Both the position numbers and the translations under genes were made by a program. Shown piece after piece: positions 24,601 to 38,700 of a DNA stretch of 64,000 nt (positions within the stretch are counted from its first letter, which is position 1; every line of letters starts with the position of its first letter). Below the pieces are notes generated by a model. That model ran no database searches. It was not told where the DNA came from and was given only the letters and a program-made list of their open reading frames with translations. Origin of the DNA: Takakia lepidozioides (taxonomy: Eukaryota > Plantae > Bryophyta); the NCBI GenBank assembly GCA_030704615.1, contig CM060732.1, positions 59,892,001 through 59,956,000 on the forward strand. Direction: 5' to 3'.

Positions 24601-27600
24601 GGTAACCCTTCTGTTTCATTTTGGACATTTACTAGGTGAAATGAATTGTAAAAGAATAATGCAAAAGAGAGGTAACTCTACTTAGATCGATTGGCTGTTT
24701 GAATATGATGTGCCATTCAAGGAATAGTCCAAGCCAGTCAAGGGGGTATACCTTCAATGGTGTGAAATGACACTTGTGAGGGTATATTGTCCAACAGTGG
24801 CCTTCACTAGAGAACTGCTGGAGCAGCTATGCTGTGAAAGAGATGGGGCTAGTTGGGCAAGTTGTACTAAGTGACAAGGAGCTTGCAATTTGCATCTATA
24901 CATGTTCTTGAGAAGCAAGTGTTCTCAGAGTAGCTTTCGGAAGAGCGTCTTGGCAAAAGCAGCACCTGAATTCTGCACTATTGTATGCAACCTTCGTAAT
25001 TATCTAGGAGTGTTGGCCACCTTCAATGGATGATTAAAAGCAGGCTTCCCCAGTGCAAGACAGAGTCTGGGCTCAGCAATCCATGTGAATAAAAAGCAGT
25101 TCTTTCTCTTCATCTGCTGTCAGAATTACAAAGCAGCATCAAGAGTCAGGCCAAACTTTTCACATTACCAAGCAAGGCAATGGATAGGGATTGAAAATAT
25201 TTGCATGTCCTTAGCGGTGCAACGTACAGAACTTTGACATGGGCCTGTTGCTTGGCTATTTTGCAGAGTGCTTTCTTCAGATGAAGTCCCCACATGCGAC
25301 TCGTCCAACCCAGTATCCTTTGCAGCTCCTCGTGTTGAGAGCTTCGAAACTACTACATTTGGCTTTCTCTGTGGGTGTAGTCTAACAGGGGTTCCAGCCA
25401 TCCATCTTAAGAGGTGACTGAAATGTAGGGATCTAGGGCCAAATAGAGGGGGGAGAAGGAACAACTGGGAAACAAGAAAAAGTCCTTTCTTTCTTTCTTT
25501 TGTTTCCCTCTCATGTTTTTCCCATTTTGTCCCATAAGCTCTTTGAGCTTTTCGCGGACGTTATAAAGTACCATTTCATTTCATTTCATTTCATTTCTTA
25601 CCACTAGTTGCTGATCCAATAAAGAGTTGCCCTTTATGATGTCAGTATGGGGTGTTGAATGAGACGATAGTAGTGCCCGAAGTCATGTTTCGTGCATCAA
25701 CTTCAACTTCATGCTTCACTTTCGCTTGCCTTCTCTGAGGCCGCTTGATTTTGGTACGATGATATGTCGCTTCTTTCTGGTTGTACATTGTCAAATTGGG
25801 TGGATCCACTTATCATGTCATTTGAGTCAAATTTCTTTCTCTGACCGAATTTCAGAAAATCTCCTTGATGCGTGACTGCTAAAGATGCCCTTTCTGCAAA
25901 ACACCCAACTATGCTGTTGAGTACCGAGGTGCCAAGACCCTGGAGGAGAAGGGTGTTGAGCAAGCTGTAAGTACTTACAAGTTGCTCTTTCTTTCAACTT
26001 TCTTTGGTGTGAGTTTTCTTTGCTGGTCTTTACAGTTAGCAAGGAAGCCACATTCATTTTGAGGATTCGTGCCATCCTCAGATGAGAAGTCCTCTGGGTA
26101 TTTGAAGATTATGGATTGATGTGGCTGGGATTGCCAATGCCAGGAAGAGCAGAAAGTGATAGAGGCTAAGATTCGTATGCGGCAGCAAGAGCTCCAGGAT
26201 GATGAAAAGAGAGAACAACAAAGGGAGGAGGACATCCGTGAGGGTCAAATACTGCCTACACCACCTCTTCTGCCTGATGGGTTGCGATTGACAGAGGATA
26301 TCCCATCTTCCGATAGAGCACGGGAGCGTGGGAGCTGGCGATGGGGCAATATTGGTCGGCCCTCCCCTTATCAAACCCCCTTACAGGTTAGCAAACTCTC
26401 TGAGCACCACTATTGGCAGATAAGATTGAAGGGGGCCAGATTTTCCTGTTTTGGTCGGCCCTGGCTGCACAAAGCAGCAGGATCAGATAGTCTGGCCATG
26501 TGGCAAGGTGCGATGTGAAGCAGGATCGTCCAGGGTCAGTAATAAGTTCAGCCCTGAGTGTCTTCGTTGGTGATGGAGGTCTGCAACCAGCATGGTTTTC
26601 ACCTTCCATCTTACCAGATTCTGCAGCCCCCACTTTCCTCACCTCCCATGATTGGTGAGTGCTCATTGAAAGAGAATGTTGCCCCCTTTAACAGAGAATG
26701 GGACAGTGAAAGCTGGCAGCTACCTTGCAAATTTATGGGCCAGCCCTCTCACCACCACTCGACAGTGGCTAGCAAGTTGCCAGAGTATCACTGTTGGCAG
26801 GTAAGAGTACAGAAAATGGATATTTTTTTGGCTGCCCCCTGCAGACGGCATTAGGTGTGGGGGCAGCCCAGCAGGTTGGGGAGGTTGATCGTGAAGCTGA
26901 GCGGTTGGCGGTATGTAAAGTCTGTCATAGCCAGCTTATGCAATTTCAGGCAGGATACTCTGAGACATGTGTCAAGGTCATGGAATCCCTGGGGCTTGGG
27001 TTCTGGGGATGTGGGAAAGAATAGGATGGTGCTTTCAGTACTATACTGTGCCCCCCTATTCTAGTGTTTGATCTGGGAAGTTTGCTCTCCAAAACACGAA
27101 AATAAAAAAAAGAATAAGAAGCAGATTTCCCCCGTCCATTTACCATTCCCTATTATTTGTTGGCTAGTTAAGAATGCACAATATTAACCATCCCAGATCC
27201 AATTATGAGGTTCCTACCCACACAAAGGTATGCAAAATCAGCCTGAAATTGACATGGTGTTGATATGCATCCACGGCAAGCCAGTGAAGGAAATGGAGTG
27301 TTGATGTAAGTGATGCTATGACATCATAATATTTATTCAGCGCTGCTGCTCTAGCCCCCAAACATGGCAGAGATTGCACTGTCACTCACTGTGCTTGACA
27401 AACAGTAGAGAGGAGCAGAGAAGGGAGGGATGCAATTTGAGTGCTTTCTAAAATTCCTTTCTTTTCTGGATGACAGGGTGCATGTGAGAGACCAAGACAG
27501 GCAGTCGACCCAGACTCATTGTGGGTCTGTGGGGGCCAACGGAGTGAAGTGGCTGATGGCATTGAAGGGTTACGACAAGCCACGCCACTGCAACTTTCAA

Positions 27601-30522
27601 ATTCACTTGCTTCCACAGAAAACCAGAATGCTGCTGCAACTGGATCTATGGATGCAGTACCTGTAGGCCCTGGCCAAGGACCCCCCCGGGTGCCTCGGTA
27701 TAACAGGTATTGTCAACCTGAATCCTTGAGTTCGGGACGAAGGTTTTCTTTTAGAGTATTATATACATGAGGGCGATGATGTATTCCCTGCTGTGCCCTT
27801 GAATGCTTGGTTCCTCTGGTATATTCTGAGCCAGTTGTGGGCTTTGGTATTGACAAGGGTGTGAAAATGCAGCCCTAAATCTGCCATAGAGCTTGCGCAC
27901 AGCCAACAAGCATCCTGCAAAGGGACTTAACGGTTGGTGTTTAGGCATGTATTCATGCTAGAAAGTGCAATGTTGAGTCCAGCATTGCCGCTCTAGCCTC
28001 CAACTAGTCAGACCATGGAAAGCGAGAGCAGAAAGAGAAGAAATGAAATGAAATGGTACTTTATAATGTCTGGAAAGCTCAAAGAGCTTATGGGAAAAAA
28101 AACATGAGAGAGGAAACAAAACCAGAGCCAAAAAACAGCCCAAAAGCAACTACTGCTCAAGGGATTGTCTAAGGGTCAGAGAGAGAAGAAAGAAAGGAAC
28201 TTTATAGTGGCCTAGGTACACAAAGGCTCTCCACATTAATGAAGTTGTAGTGTAACTTGATGGTTGGTGGCTGGTTATTTGGGCCCCACTTTTCTTTTCT
28301 GAAATTCAAGATGTCTGCAGGAGGCCCAAAGGGGCTCAAGGGACACAAGTAGATGAACACACTAAAACCATGGAAAACAAAGAACAACCAAAATCTCAAG
28401 CCTTGCACAAAGGCAGTACGTCATGCAGGTGAGCGGCTAAGCACGTCTTCATAGCCGATGGATGGACAGAGAGAGAGAAGTTATATTGGGGGTGCCCAAA
28501 GGGCCAAGGGAGTAAGAACAGAAGCTGAAACAAAAATATTCTGAAATACTGAAACAAAGCCAAATAACTACTTAAGCTTGGCATGAAGGCATACTGCCTT
28601 CCGAGCGAATGTACTCAAAAGACGTTGTTTGCCTTCAGAGAGAAAGGAAATGAACTGGAACTTCATAACGTCGGCAGAAAGCTTAAAGAGCTTATGGGAC
28701 AAAAGAAAAACAAGAAAAAAGAACTTTATGAAGACAAAGAGCGAAGCCAGAAGCGAAGGAAGAAAGGAAGAGAGAGGGCTTGTTTCATTTGGGATTTCTG
28801 GAATAAAAGCGCTGGTTCTTGCTGGGTGCAGAGATGATGAATTTGACCTGGACCTGGAAGACATTATGGTGATGGAAGCCATCTGGCTTTCTATCCAGGT
28901 AGTTCCACATTGCCTGTTCATTTACTCACTCGTAACTTCTGCACTGTTTTTAATTCCTATCTTGAGGAAATTGGGACCCCGGTCACAAATATAGGAGGCA
29001 TCACGTTATGGGCTGTGCAGGTGACAGCCAGTGCATCATGCATATGAGCACTATTCAGCAGAGAAATGAAATGAAATGAAATGGTACTCTAATTTCATTA
29101 CACCACAGGAAGCCCAAGGGTGCGAGAGAGAATGTACTCATGAGATGTTGCTTGCCACAGCCTTGTGGCCACTGACCCAGCACCCAGTTTGGGCAGAACA
29201 GGGAGAGATTGTACTCATAAGACGTTGTTTGCCGTAGCCTTGTGGCCATTGACCCCGCGCCCAGTTTGAGCGGGAACAAAAGGGACAGAACCTACCTCTG
29301 TCAGGGGCTGACGTTGGTAGTAAGACTTACCTTCATATATAGAATTAATCCGGGTTTTCCAGATATCCTCTAGAAATCCCTTCACACAAGCATCAATCTG
29401 CTGTGTGTGATTTGCCCAAAGACTAGGCCTCAGGAGGGCCTGGGCTTTTGGCTCAGCCTCGAGACTTTCAAAGTTGGTAAACAGGGGTACAGGCACAATT
29501 CCCTTAATAGATTTGAAGAGAGCGTCTCTTTGGTGAGAGAACCCCGGACAGTGTATCAGAAAATGAATACTGTCTTCAGATTGCCCACACAACGGGCAAT
29601 TGCACTCTCCCTTTCCTCTCTGCTTCTGTTTGCTGTTCAAAGGTAGGCTTCCTGCCCTGAGTTTAAATTTCAGTCTAGTGCCGAGAGTGGGAGAGAGGGA
29701 GAGAGAGAGAGAAGGTACTCATAAGACGTTTGCTGTAGCCTTGTGGCCATAGACCCTGCGCCCGGTTTGCGGGAACAGATACTACCTTTGTGAGGGGCTC
29801 ACTCCAGTAGTGTGACTTCATGATAAGGACAGTTAGTTCGGGTTTTCCAGATATCCTCTAGAAAGCCCTTCGTGTGAGCTGCCCAGCAATTAGACCCCAA
29901 GCCAGGGCTTTTAGGCTCAACCTCAAGAATTTAAAGTTAGTGAACAGAGGTGTTGGGACACGTTCCTTCTCTGGTGAGAATATCCCGGACAATGTATCGG
30001 AAAATGGATATCGTCTTCAGGCTGTCCGCACTCGTAGTTTAAATTTGTTTCTAGTGCGGAGGGTAGGTATGCCCTTGAGATCATCCTTAAGGATGTCTGG
30101 AAACAAGTTCAGGGAAGTTTTATGCCTAACTTCATTTTCAGCGGACAGTCTTCTGGCATCCGACATGGCATGAGACACTGGAACCTCCAGGTCAGCTTCA
30201 TCTAGCAGGGTCAATTCTTCTGGGCTAATACTCAGATACTTGTTAAATATCTTCTACCCTTTTCTGCCAGGAGTTAGCTTATTTAACAGGACAGTCGGGC
30301 TACCACGAAATAGCGTCAATTATGTTAGGGTATCTTGTTTTAGACATGCGATACAACTGACCCCACCATCTGACCATGAACTCATCACGTCGAGAGTATG
30401 CCAAACTTGCCCTGAACAGCCAGGTTAGCTGTTCTAGTGTATGCTGACAGTCTCTCTGTGAGCACCGCAACCTGAATGGATTCAAGAGATTTAGCATGGT
30501 TGGAGTTACTGATCCATACAAC

Positions 30523-30553
<31 letters not shown>

Positions 30554-32300
30554 CCTACTCATAAGACATGGAAAGGAATTCCAGCCCGAAATTGCCACAG
30601 TGCTTGTGCAAAGCTGATGGCACTCCAGTTACAGGTTGGATTCTGGTTTGAGGGCTTGCTTTGATAGCGTACTAAAATAAATAATGACTTCGGCACTCAG
30701 ACAGAGGAGATACTTGTGGAACACCCCTCTATGTATTGTTAAAAGATATGTGTCAGCCCAAGTTGTCTTTGAAAATTATTTGTCCATTTGAAGAGGTAAT
30801 TTTGTTATACACAAGATACTTGCAGGAAGTGAGTGCAAATGCTTAAGAGAAGATCAAGTCAGAGTCATCATTAGTGAAAGTGGGCATGGTCCTCTGGTTT
30901 TGTCAACCTGAATTTTGTTTTGGATTACTAATCACCTCTAATTTTCTGGTCTCCTGTGGGTGGTACTTCTCCATAGCGTCGTTTCCTCTGGGAGAGCTAA
31001 GCTATGCTATGTTATCGAGCTTCCCGGGTTGGCGGGTGGGGACTGCAGTGCTGAACTTACATCTTCAACCACCCCTCCTTGCCTGCAGGGAGAAAGTTAT
31101 ATAGTTCCCGTTGAAGAGATTTCTGGCTATGGATCCCTAGTTGAATGGATTCACCTACAATTTGTTGCTGGCTGTCCGCTAGGGGTATTAGTGGACAGTG
31201 GCTATGACATACTCTTAAGTGCGCGGTCCCCAGGGATACTAATCATTCAGAGTCAGGTAAAACTTAGACTGTACGGCAAGCAAACATTAACTCGTCAATT
31301 GAACTTCTGGATGTGATGGGTCTAGGAGCAAGGGCCCCGACCAACGTACTCAGAAAACGAGCCTACCCTAGTCGTCCCAGGCAGGCTGTCTGCCTTGATG
31401 TCTCACTTGGATGCAAGACAGCAAGGCGTCCGTTCTGAGTTACCACTTGCACCTTCTGAGGCCAGGGATCAACCACCTGGTGTGCGAGGTTCACTAAGGG
31501 GGGGACTTGCAGGTGCCATTGCAGCAATGGCCGAACGGCAGGTTGCAAGTGGGGATGCAACAACCAACTCTCAGCAATCACGATCCATTCTTTCAATAGC
31601 GGATAGTGCTGGATCAGATTGGGGCAATCAAGAAGGGGAGGTTTTGGATAGGCAGCCAGACTCACAGGCTAGTGAACCACTCAATGTGGGAAATGAAGGG
31701 TCCCAGACTGCGTCCCTGAGTGGGTGGTGGGATGGATCCCGATGGCCAGAACCAGACAAGTTACACACTAGCAAAGGTGATCTAGTCTCTCAAGAGTATA
31801 TGAGGGGGAACTTGAGGACCATGGCAGAGGTAGTACCTCTTGGATGGGAGAGGGAGGGAGAGCCATGGGTTCCTGAGAGTGCCAGCGGTGTCTCTGAAGA
31901 TGTAAATAGCAGTGGAGGGTTATCTGAATGGGTGGGCACCACAGAAAGAGAGATCTGTATTTCAGAGTATACACAGGAACGTGACCAAAATACATGTGGA
32001 GCTTCCATCTCGGAGTGGGGTGGTGATCAAAGCTCTGAACAGGTTGAGGTTGGAACAAGTTTCTGTAGTAGTGTACCATCTGCATCAGAATTACCGTGGG
32101 AAGCATTGGAGAACTCACCTGATTTGCCAAATGGGGAAACAAGTGGTGGTTTGGAAGGGGGTAAACCTAACATGCTGCCTGAAAGTTTCGAGGAGCAGAT
32201 GATGTTGGCTATGGCCTTGTCACTTGCAGATGCACAAGCAAGGGCATGCTGGGAAGCTAGTGACAAGAATTGCCAACGAACAACCAATCCTAGTAGTTGA
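21674..32300 (+). CDS. DA2: RING-type E3 ubiquitin ligase, DA2/GW2 family (multi-exon)
   Basis: Exons ~21674-21865, 24197-24248, 25267-25312, 25885-25966, 26144-26386, 27477-27706, 28832-28898 and 31326-32300. They give [107 protein letters not shown], all hallmark DA2/GW2 motifs. Confidence 0.92.
22321..22766 (-). mobile_element. 5'-truncated LINE 3' end (C-terminal CCHC-type domain), copy A
   Basis: [17 protein letters not shown] motif; near-identical to 29210-29654. Confidence 0.75.
23400..23810 (-). mobile_element. LINE ORF2 fragment of the same family
   Basis: Similar to 30050-30400 ([27 protein letters not shown] vs [10 protein letters not shown]; [16 protein letters not shown]). Confidence 0.6.
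25313..25884 (+). other. U12-type (minor spliceosome) GT-AG intron in DA2
   Basis: 5' site GTATCCTTT. Branch-like TCCTTGAT at 25862-25869, ~15 nt before the AG, with no polypyrimidine tract. Splicing restores RPTQ-CPFC. Confidence 0.85.
29060..30480 (-). mobile_element. Stacked cluster of LINE 3' ends (copy B 29210-29654, longer degenerate copy 29715-30480)
   Basis: Terminal tag GTACTCATRAGAYGTT..GCCTTGTGGCCA repeats at 29134, 29211 and 29715. ORF 29215-29640 has the CCHC-type motif. Confidence 0.75.
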
Positions 32301-32797
32301 TATGATCCAATCAATCAGGTTGTGTAAGTACTATTGGATAGTAAAGTTTAGTTTCTTCTGAAATACCTCATGTAAATATGCTACACATCAAACAACATAT
32401 ATTTCTGCAATTACGAAGCTGCTTAAGCAATTCAATATCTCCATGTAACTTTTAAATTCTCATCAGCTATGATCACAAATATATATGACCACTTTTCTGC
32501 TTAATATGCCCCAGCCTATGAAACTAGTGCCAAATGCTACTTCTTGAATGTACTATTGGAGAATAACTCACAGCACCTGCAAAGGGAAACTTACAATAGA
32601 CTTTCAGTAACTTCGCCCAGATACCACCAATCAGCACCAGTGATCTTTAATACTCGGCACCGGGAGATACAATAAATGCTCTGCTCAATAACATGCAAAA
32701 TTCCAGACCATCTCAACTGCCACTACAATGACGTGAGGGCAAACCGAGCAGGATGCACAATATCTTACAGTCGGATCATCTGACAATGGATCACTGT

Positions 32798-35700
32798 CTA
32801 GTTGAAAAAATAGGGTGCTTTCAGCACTTCTTTCAAGTCAAGGATGCCTCTAGCAGGCACATCAGGAAAATTCAAATTGGGGAACTGTTGCTGAAAATCC
32901 TTCAGTAGCTGCCAACCAAATACACCACCAACAACAAGACCTGTCAGTGCCCATTTAGAGTGGCAAAACCTGAAAGATACTCATCAAACGTGAGAAAGAG
33001 ACAATATTATTCATTCTTCTCCTTAAATCAGAAATTGTACAGACAGAATGAGTTTATTCCCCAACCCTGTTCCATAATACCTTTCCACCCAGTTTAGAGG
33101 GTACAGGGTCACTAAATCTTGGACAACAATATATGAGAAGAGTCACCTTCATGGGAAGAAAACATTTTCCACCCTCCACCTCAGGAAAGCACAGAGGAAA
33201 AAAATGTGCACTCACATTTTCAAGAATAGGTTGACTGTAAAGTTCTACAAACTTTTCTCGGAGCAGAGAATTGATATGCTCCACATTCCCGGCATGCGTC
33301 CAATACGAATCATGTACACCTGAAATCAGTGAGAGTAAGGGACCAGATAACTAAATGCAGGAAGAAGATAGGACCATATCCAGAAACAGTGCATGCTCTA
33401 ATAATAAGAAACTGACCTAAGGTGAAAAATGAAAACACCACTATAAGAGAGAAAAAAGAACACTGCAGCCTTGACTCACCAGGCCCTCAAAGGTTCAAAT
33501 TGTGAAAGAAATCATTCATGCAGCTCATAAGCATGTTGAAAGCACATGGACAATCTGAAGAAACACTCCGTAATTGGAACAAAAAGGAAACAGAAGCTAT
33601 ATCTGCCAGATCATTATACCCAGCTGAACATTGGTTTAGAGGCATTGTTTCTATCTCCAGAGTAAGGAAGATTGGACAACATTCTTCCTGGTGAATGCCA
33701 ATCAGACCTCATGCCTACTAGTGTATTATACCATATCACAATGCTATTGAGAAAATGACAGCCTGCAGGGAAATTTGTGATACACGCTGTAGCATTACCA
33801 GCAAATGCAAGGCCTGCCTCTTCACAAGCAAGGGCAGTCATCATCATGTGGGAACTGTCAAGGGAATGAACAAAATTTGGAGGAAAAGCACTGCGCTGTC
33901 TTTGCACCAACACCTGCAATTTTCCATGTGAGATATCAACTGAATTGAAGACTCGGGCAGCTACTTCTTTGGATGGCCAGTTCTGAGAGAAAGTGGGACA
34001 ACACCAGAAGGGTGCCAAGGGCCCATCGGACAAATAAAGAACAGCTAGAAAAGCATACCAAAAGACTGCAAATGTTGCCTGGGGTTGAAACACCTTATGC
34101 ATGTAAGCTAAGAGACAGGTAACATACCGGTTGGTTGCGGTCCAAATTTCTCAATGCCAGTACTTGCAGCGATGTTTTCACCTGCAGCATGCATTCCCTT
34201 GGCACCTTAACCTCCATGTTTGTGACATAATAGTTTACAGAACTGACGCAGAAGAAGACCAGCAAAGCTTTACATGCAGTGAGAACAGTAACTGACATTG
34301 AAGCACACTGGCAGAGCTAGGAAACAAAAAAATAGAATCACAAAGATGAATGGCTTGTCTGTTCTTGTCACATACCAGGTGCCTTCCAGGCTTTCGGTAA
34401 GGTTGGACAACTGGAAGGCCCAAAGGAGTAATCCATTTCACTGACTCCCCACTTGAGGCAACGATCTGATCAAAAGGATAATCCACACATCAAGCACTTC
34501 ATCATTGGAGGCAACAAGGGCATTTGAGGAAAAAGATTGTTGGGCCATTTGACCCCTCTATGACTCATGCCCCTACAGTTCTAATGATTCTGTGGTTTGC
34601 TATTTACTTTCCATTCTTTCATGCGTAATGATGGTCAAGATTGCCCAATTGACGAATCACTACACTAACATGGCACCTCCATGAAGGGCAAATTATTTCC
34701 ATTTATGTTATTTCCATTTCCCTGTTGTCTTTCCTGTCAGTTTTACCCATTGTTCGCAGCGATTCTTCCCTAGTTTGAACATCCAGTTTATTCCCAGTAA
34801 CAGACATGTTTGCTCTGCTCAACCTTTTCATGATAGTCCACCATGAGACAAGGCTTGAGACACCCACCTTAGCACAGTCTCCAAGCCAATTCATGATGCA
34901 CCGGGCCTCCTTGAACATTTCGCCTAACGCATCCATTGTTGTCTATGGAAAGACCACTTTGCCATCTCTTAGTGCTACTCATCTTGAGTAGGAGTGTCAG
35001 TTTGCAAAACCAGGTGAGCAGAGCTTGTCACTAGGAGCCTCAACAGGCACATATGGTATGGTATACAGGTAATGCATCAGAAAACTTACAACAAGAATGA
35101 GATCAGAAAACAAAAGCTGACTTCCCACTAGTTCCAGCTAAGATGATACGTGGGGCAGTACACCTGTTAATAAGTGTTGCGCTCAAGGAACCATAACTGT
35201 GAAGCCAGTCAGTTGGAGTTCTCTTGAGATTGAAGGCAACAATGCCCACTACAGAAAAGAGAAGTTCTTGCTGACTTGAGCTACGTCGCTCTAAAGCCAA
35301 TGCTTAGGACACTCTACATGGTAGCCTTATCGACAACCATTGGAATAGATTGTGCTCCAAGAAGGATTCGAGAAGAATCTAAGTGCCACGAAACAGGTAA
35401 GCAAGACAGAGAGGGGGAAAAAGAGGAAAGGATTACCTTAGCAGCATAACAAGAGGCACGGTACATCTCTGTTTGATCAGCTATGGATCCCCTTTCCTTC
35501 AGTCTGTTCATAATTTGCATTCGCGCTCCAACAAAGGTGACCCCATACACTGATGTCATGACCGTTTGTTTCACAAGCTTCCGGTCAATCTGCACACGTA
35601 GGGGAGTGGGTGGTTACTGATGTCATGGTGCTGGTGCAATGCTCACATACGGTTAACACAACTTAACAACTAGCTGTGCTTGTACATGGAAGCGTGGAAG

Positions 35701-38700
35701 ATGGATTCTGTCCCATGATGGAGGGATACACAGACATACTGCACCCAAGACACAATATGACAAAAGAGAGATCGCAGGAGCATGATTTAAGATGTACATA
35801 CCTCACCAAGGAGAAGCCTGGCACTTGCTGCACTTCGGCTTGTCAATGGGTCTTTCAAAGCATCCTTTTCCATGATGTCTCGCACTCTGCCCAAGACCAG
35901 ACAAAGGGGGACTCAATTTTCCTATGCAGGTAATTTCATATGCCATGCCTGTATCGGCTCCCACCCAAACTTTCGTCTTATCGCTGAAGGCACTGGTTGC
36001 AGACACAAAAATCAGATAGTACCTGCTAGCATATAGAACTATGATGCTCAAACAACTGCTCCAAAAGTTGGACTGTACCTGGCTGCAATACCTGAGTAAA
36101 CATCTGCAGGCTGGTCACATGCAATCAAGTTCACTGATGCAGCTCCGTTCTACACCCCACATTTATTTCCGGTTTCTCTTCAAATGTAAGTGCCCAATTG
36201 ATACAATAAATTCAGAGGTCCTGATAGCATACACAGCTGTCATGAATTTAGCCAAAAATTTGCTTGACGTCTAGAGCAGTCTAAACAACTAAACCCTTCC
36301 CCACTGGTTAAAGCATGAAACTGAACGGCAAGGATACCAGAATCCTTTCATTAATCAGAAAGATCTGCCATAACCCACACATCTTCACAACCTAGAAAAA
36401 ACCAATCAGGGTGGAGGCAGAAAGATCCAATCACAACCTAGAATTTTGGTATCCAGGTAGAAAACTCAACCTTGAGACTAGCACAATTGAAAAACATTGA
36501 CACCAAAAAGGTGAAGAATCTCACTCTATCACGCCCTAGTGCTGCATAGTGTTGCAATCCATTGCAGGACCCGTCCTGCAGAAACAAGAAAGCCTTGACA
36601 ATGAGCCATTCATACATCCTTGGTTATCTTCAAATTTCAACCAAAGCATATTGCCAGAACCAACTTCAACTGTTTGATCAGGATTTCCCCATACAGATCC
36701 GCTCTCTCAGAAGGAAAACATATGACCATGCACTGTCCTACCTCAAGGTGGAAAATACGGGAAACTAAAACTGAAGTTTTGTTCACCAACAACTTCTTCA
36801 GCATGGTATTAACAGTAGATCTCACACTGTCAACCTATTTCCCTTTTGTTCTGCCCAACTGGGGGGTCTATGGCCACAAGGCTACGACAAACAAGAAACA
36901 TTCTAGCAACCTTTTTTACACCATTAGTCCAGCCAAGGCAGTTCACCTGGTGCACTGGTAAATAAGATACACAAGTTTCAGGGCTCCCTGATACAATGGC
37001 ACGTCGAATTTCCATGCATGTTGCTAAGCACTGGAAAGGATCCTCAGCCTCCAGCCACCACCGCTGCCCTTCCAGTGGTCTCTCAGCTGAATCAAAGATC
37101 TTATCCATGTGGGTGTCAACGTATGAAACACGACCTGCAAAAGACATCTTTCCCACTTTCCCGCCATACAAATTCGCTAGGTGTATCTTCAACCAGCGCA
37201 GTCCATTGGGTCCCAGAGCCCGGCCTTCCGCAAACTCGAGAATACCACGACACATATCAGATCCCAAGTGGTTGAGGTTTGGATGCATCGGATATGCCCG
37301 CCCCCGAAAATCCAAGTTGTGAGGATAGTAAAAGGCCTCTTCATCCTTGAACTTGCGTGCCACCTGAGCCGCAAGTTTCCAGATGGGAACAGAATCAAAC
37401 TTCGGCATATAGGCTCTTCATTTGCATGTAAGGAAATGTGACCGCAACATCACAGTGTGATCAAGCAACACTAAAAGACTTGGCATGCGTGACATCAAAT
37501 AGGCTGGAGACAATATTGACCAGCTCGTCATGACTTAATTCATGGAGGAAATCCTGAATAGTGTGTCAGAAGGTACTGCCTTCTAGACATCAACAGTGCT
37601 GAATAAAGGACTTCCGTGAGTAGCGTGGAGTAGCAGACATAAACAATCCATAGTGCTATTTCATCTGACTATATTTCTACAACTACTACTCTGATTCTAT
37701 CAGGTTGAGAGGCTACAGCAAACAACATTTTATGAGTACATTCTATCAGGTTGAGAACATGAACATATAATAGGGCAAGGGTGTCTGGGAAGTAGAGGTA
37801 TGGGGAGTCACACAGCATGGAAGGAGCAGTCAAAGTCTTACTGCAAGCTTGAGTTCTATGTCACAGCGCATAGAATGACGCTCACTATTTATGCGCTTTA
37901 TCTTGGAAGTCTCCATCCTCCAGATTTTCAATATATCCTTGTCCTCTGTCTGAGGCTTTGTAGGTAGAGGAAGCTATCATCCATCCCAACACAGTGCAAC
38001 TTGAGATGCATGCTACATAGACAAGTCTGGAGCTATAATGAATACACCTAGAATCTGAAGGTACTTGCACTGGTACAGTAAAGCTCAATAAAATCCTCTG
38101 AAGAAAATACACAGAAACCTGCATTCTGGCTGGAGAAGATCAATGCATATATGTGGCAAGGGTAAGAGATGGGAGAAACCCAGTGCAGTGGACCCGTGGT
38201 CAGCCCCTGAACCTTCATCCACTCTAACTCTAGGCAGGCCAGATTTGTTGGGTGGATGAACTTACACTAGTAGCATCGACAATGTCGGCCAGGCATCCAC
38301 CGTCTGACCATATCCTCTCCAGGACATCCAACACCGATCCATTGATTCTCCACCCTGTTTTGCCCAGTGAATTAAGTGCCTGAGTCCATAGTCACACAAC
38401 CATATCTCTCTGTTATCTACAGCAGTCATTAACTTCAATAGAATCAGGTGGGAAAAATAGTAATATCCTGGAAACAGATCACCTTACGTTGTTACCCAAC
38501 CACACATGTTTAAGCATTAGACCCTGTTGGGAATGTGTTCCATTAAACGAGAAGAGAAGAAGAACACGCAGGCATACCTGTATAACTGTCCTCATATTTT
38601 CAGGAGGGGTAACTTTCATGGTATCCTGCTGCTCCTTGGCACCATGGGTCCTCATCATGGAGGCCTTGAGATGTAGGTAACCCCCATCAGAGAAACTGCC

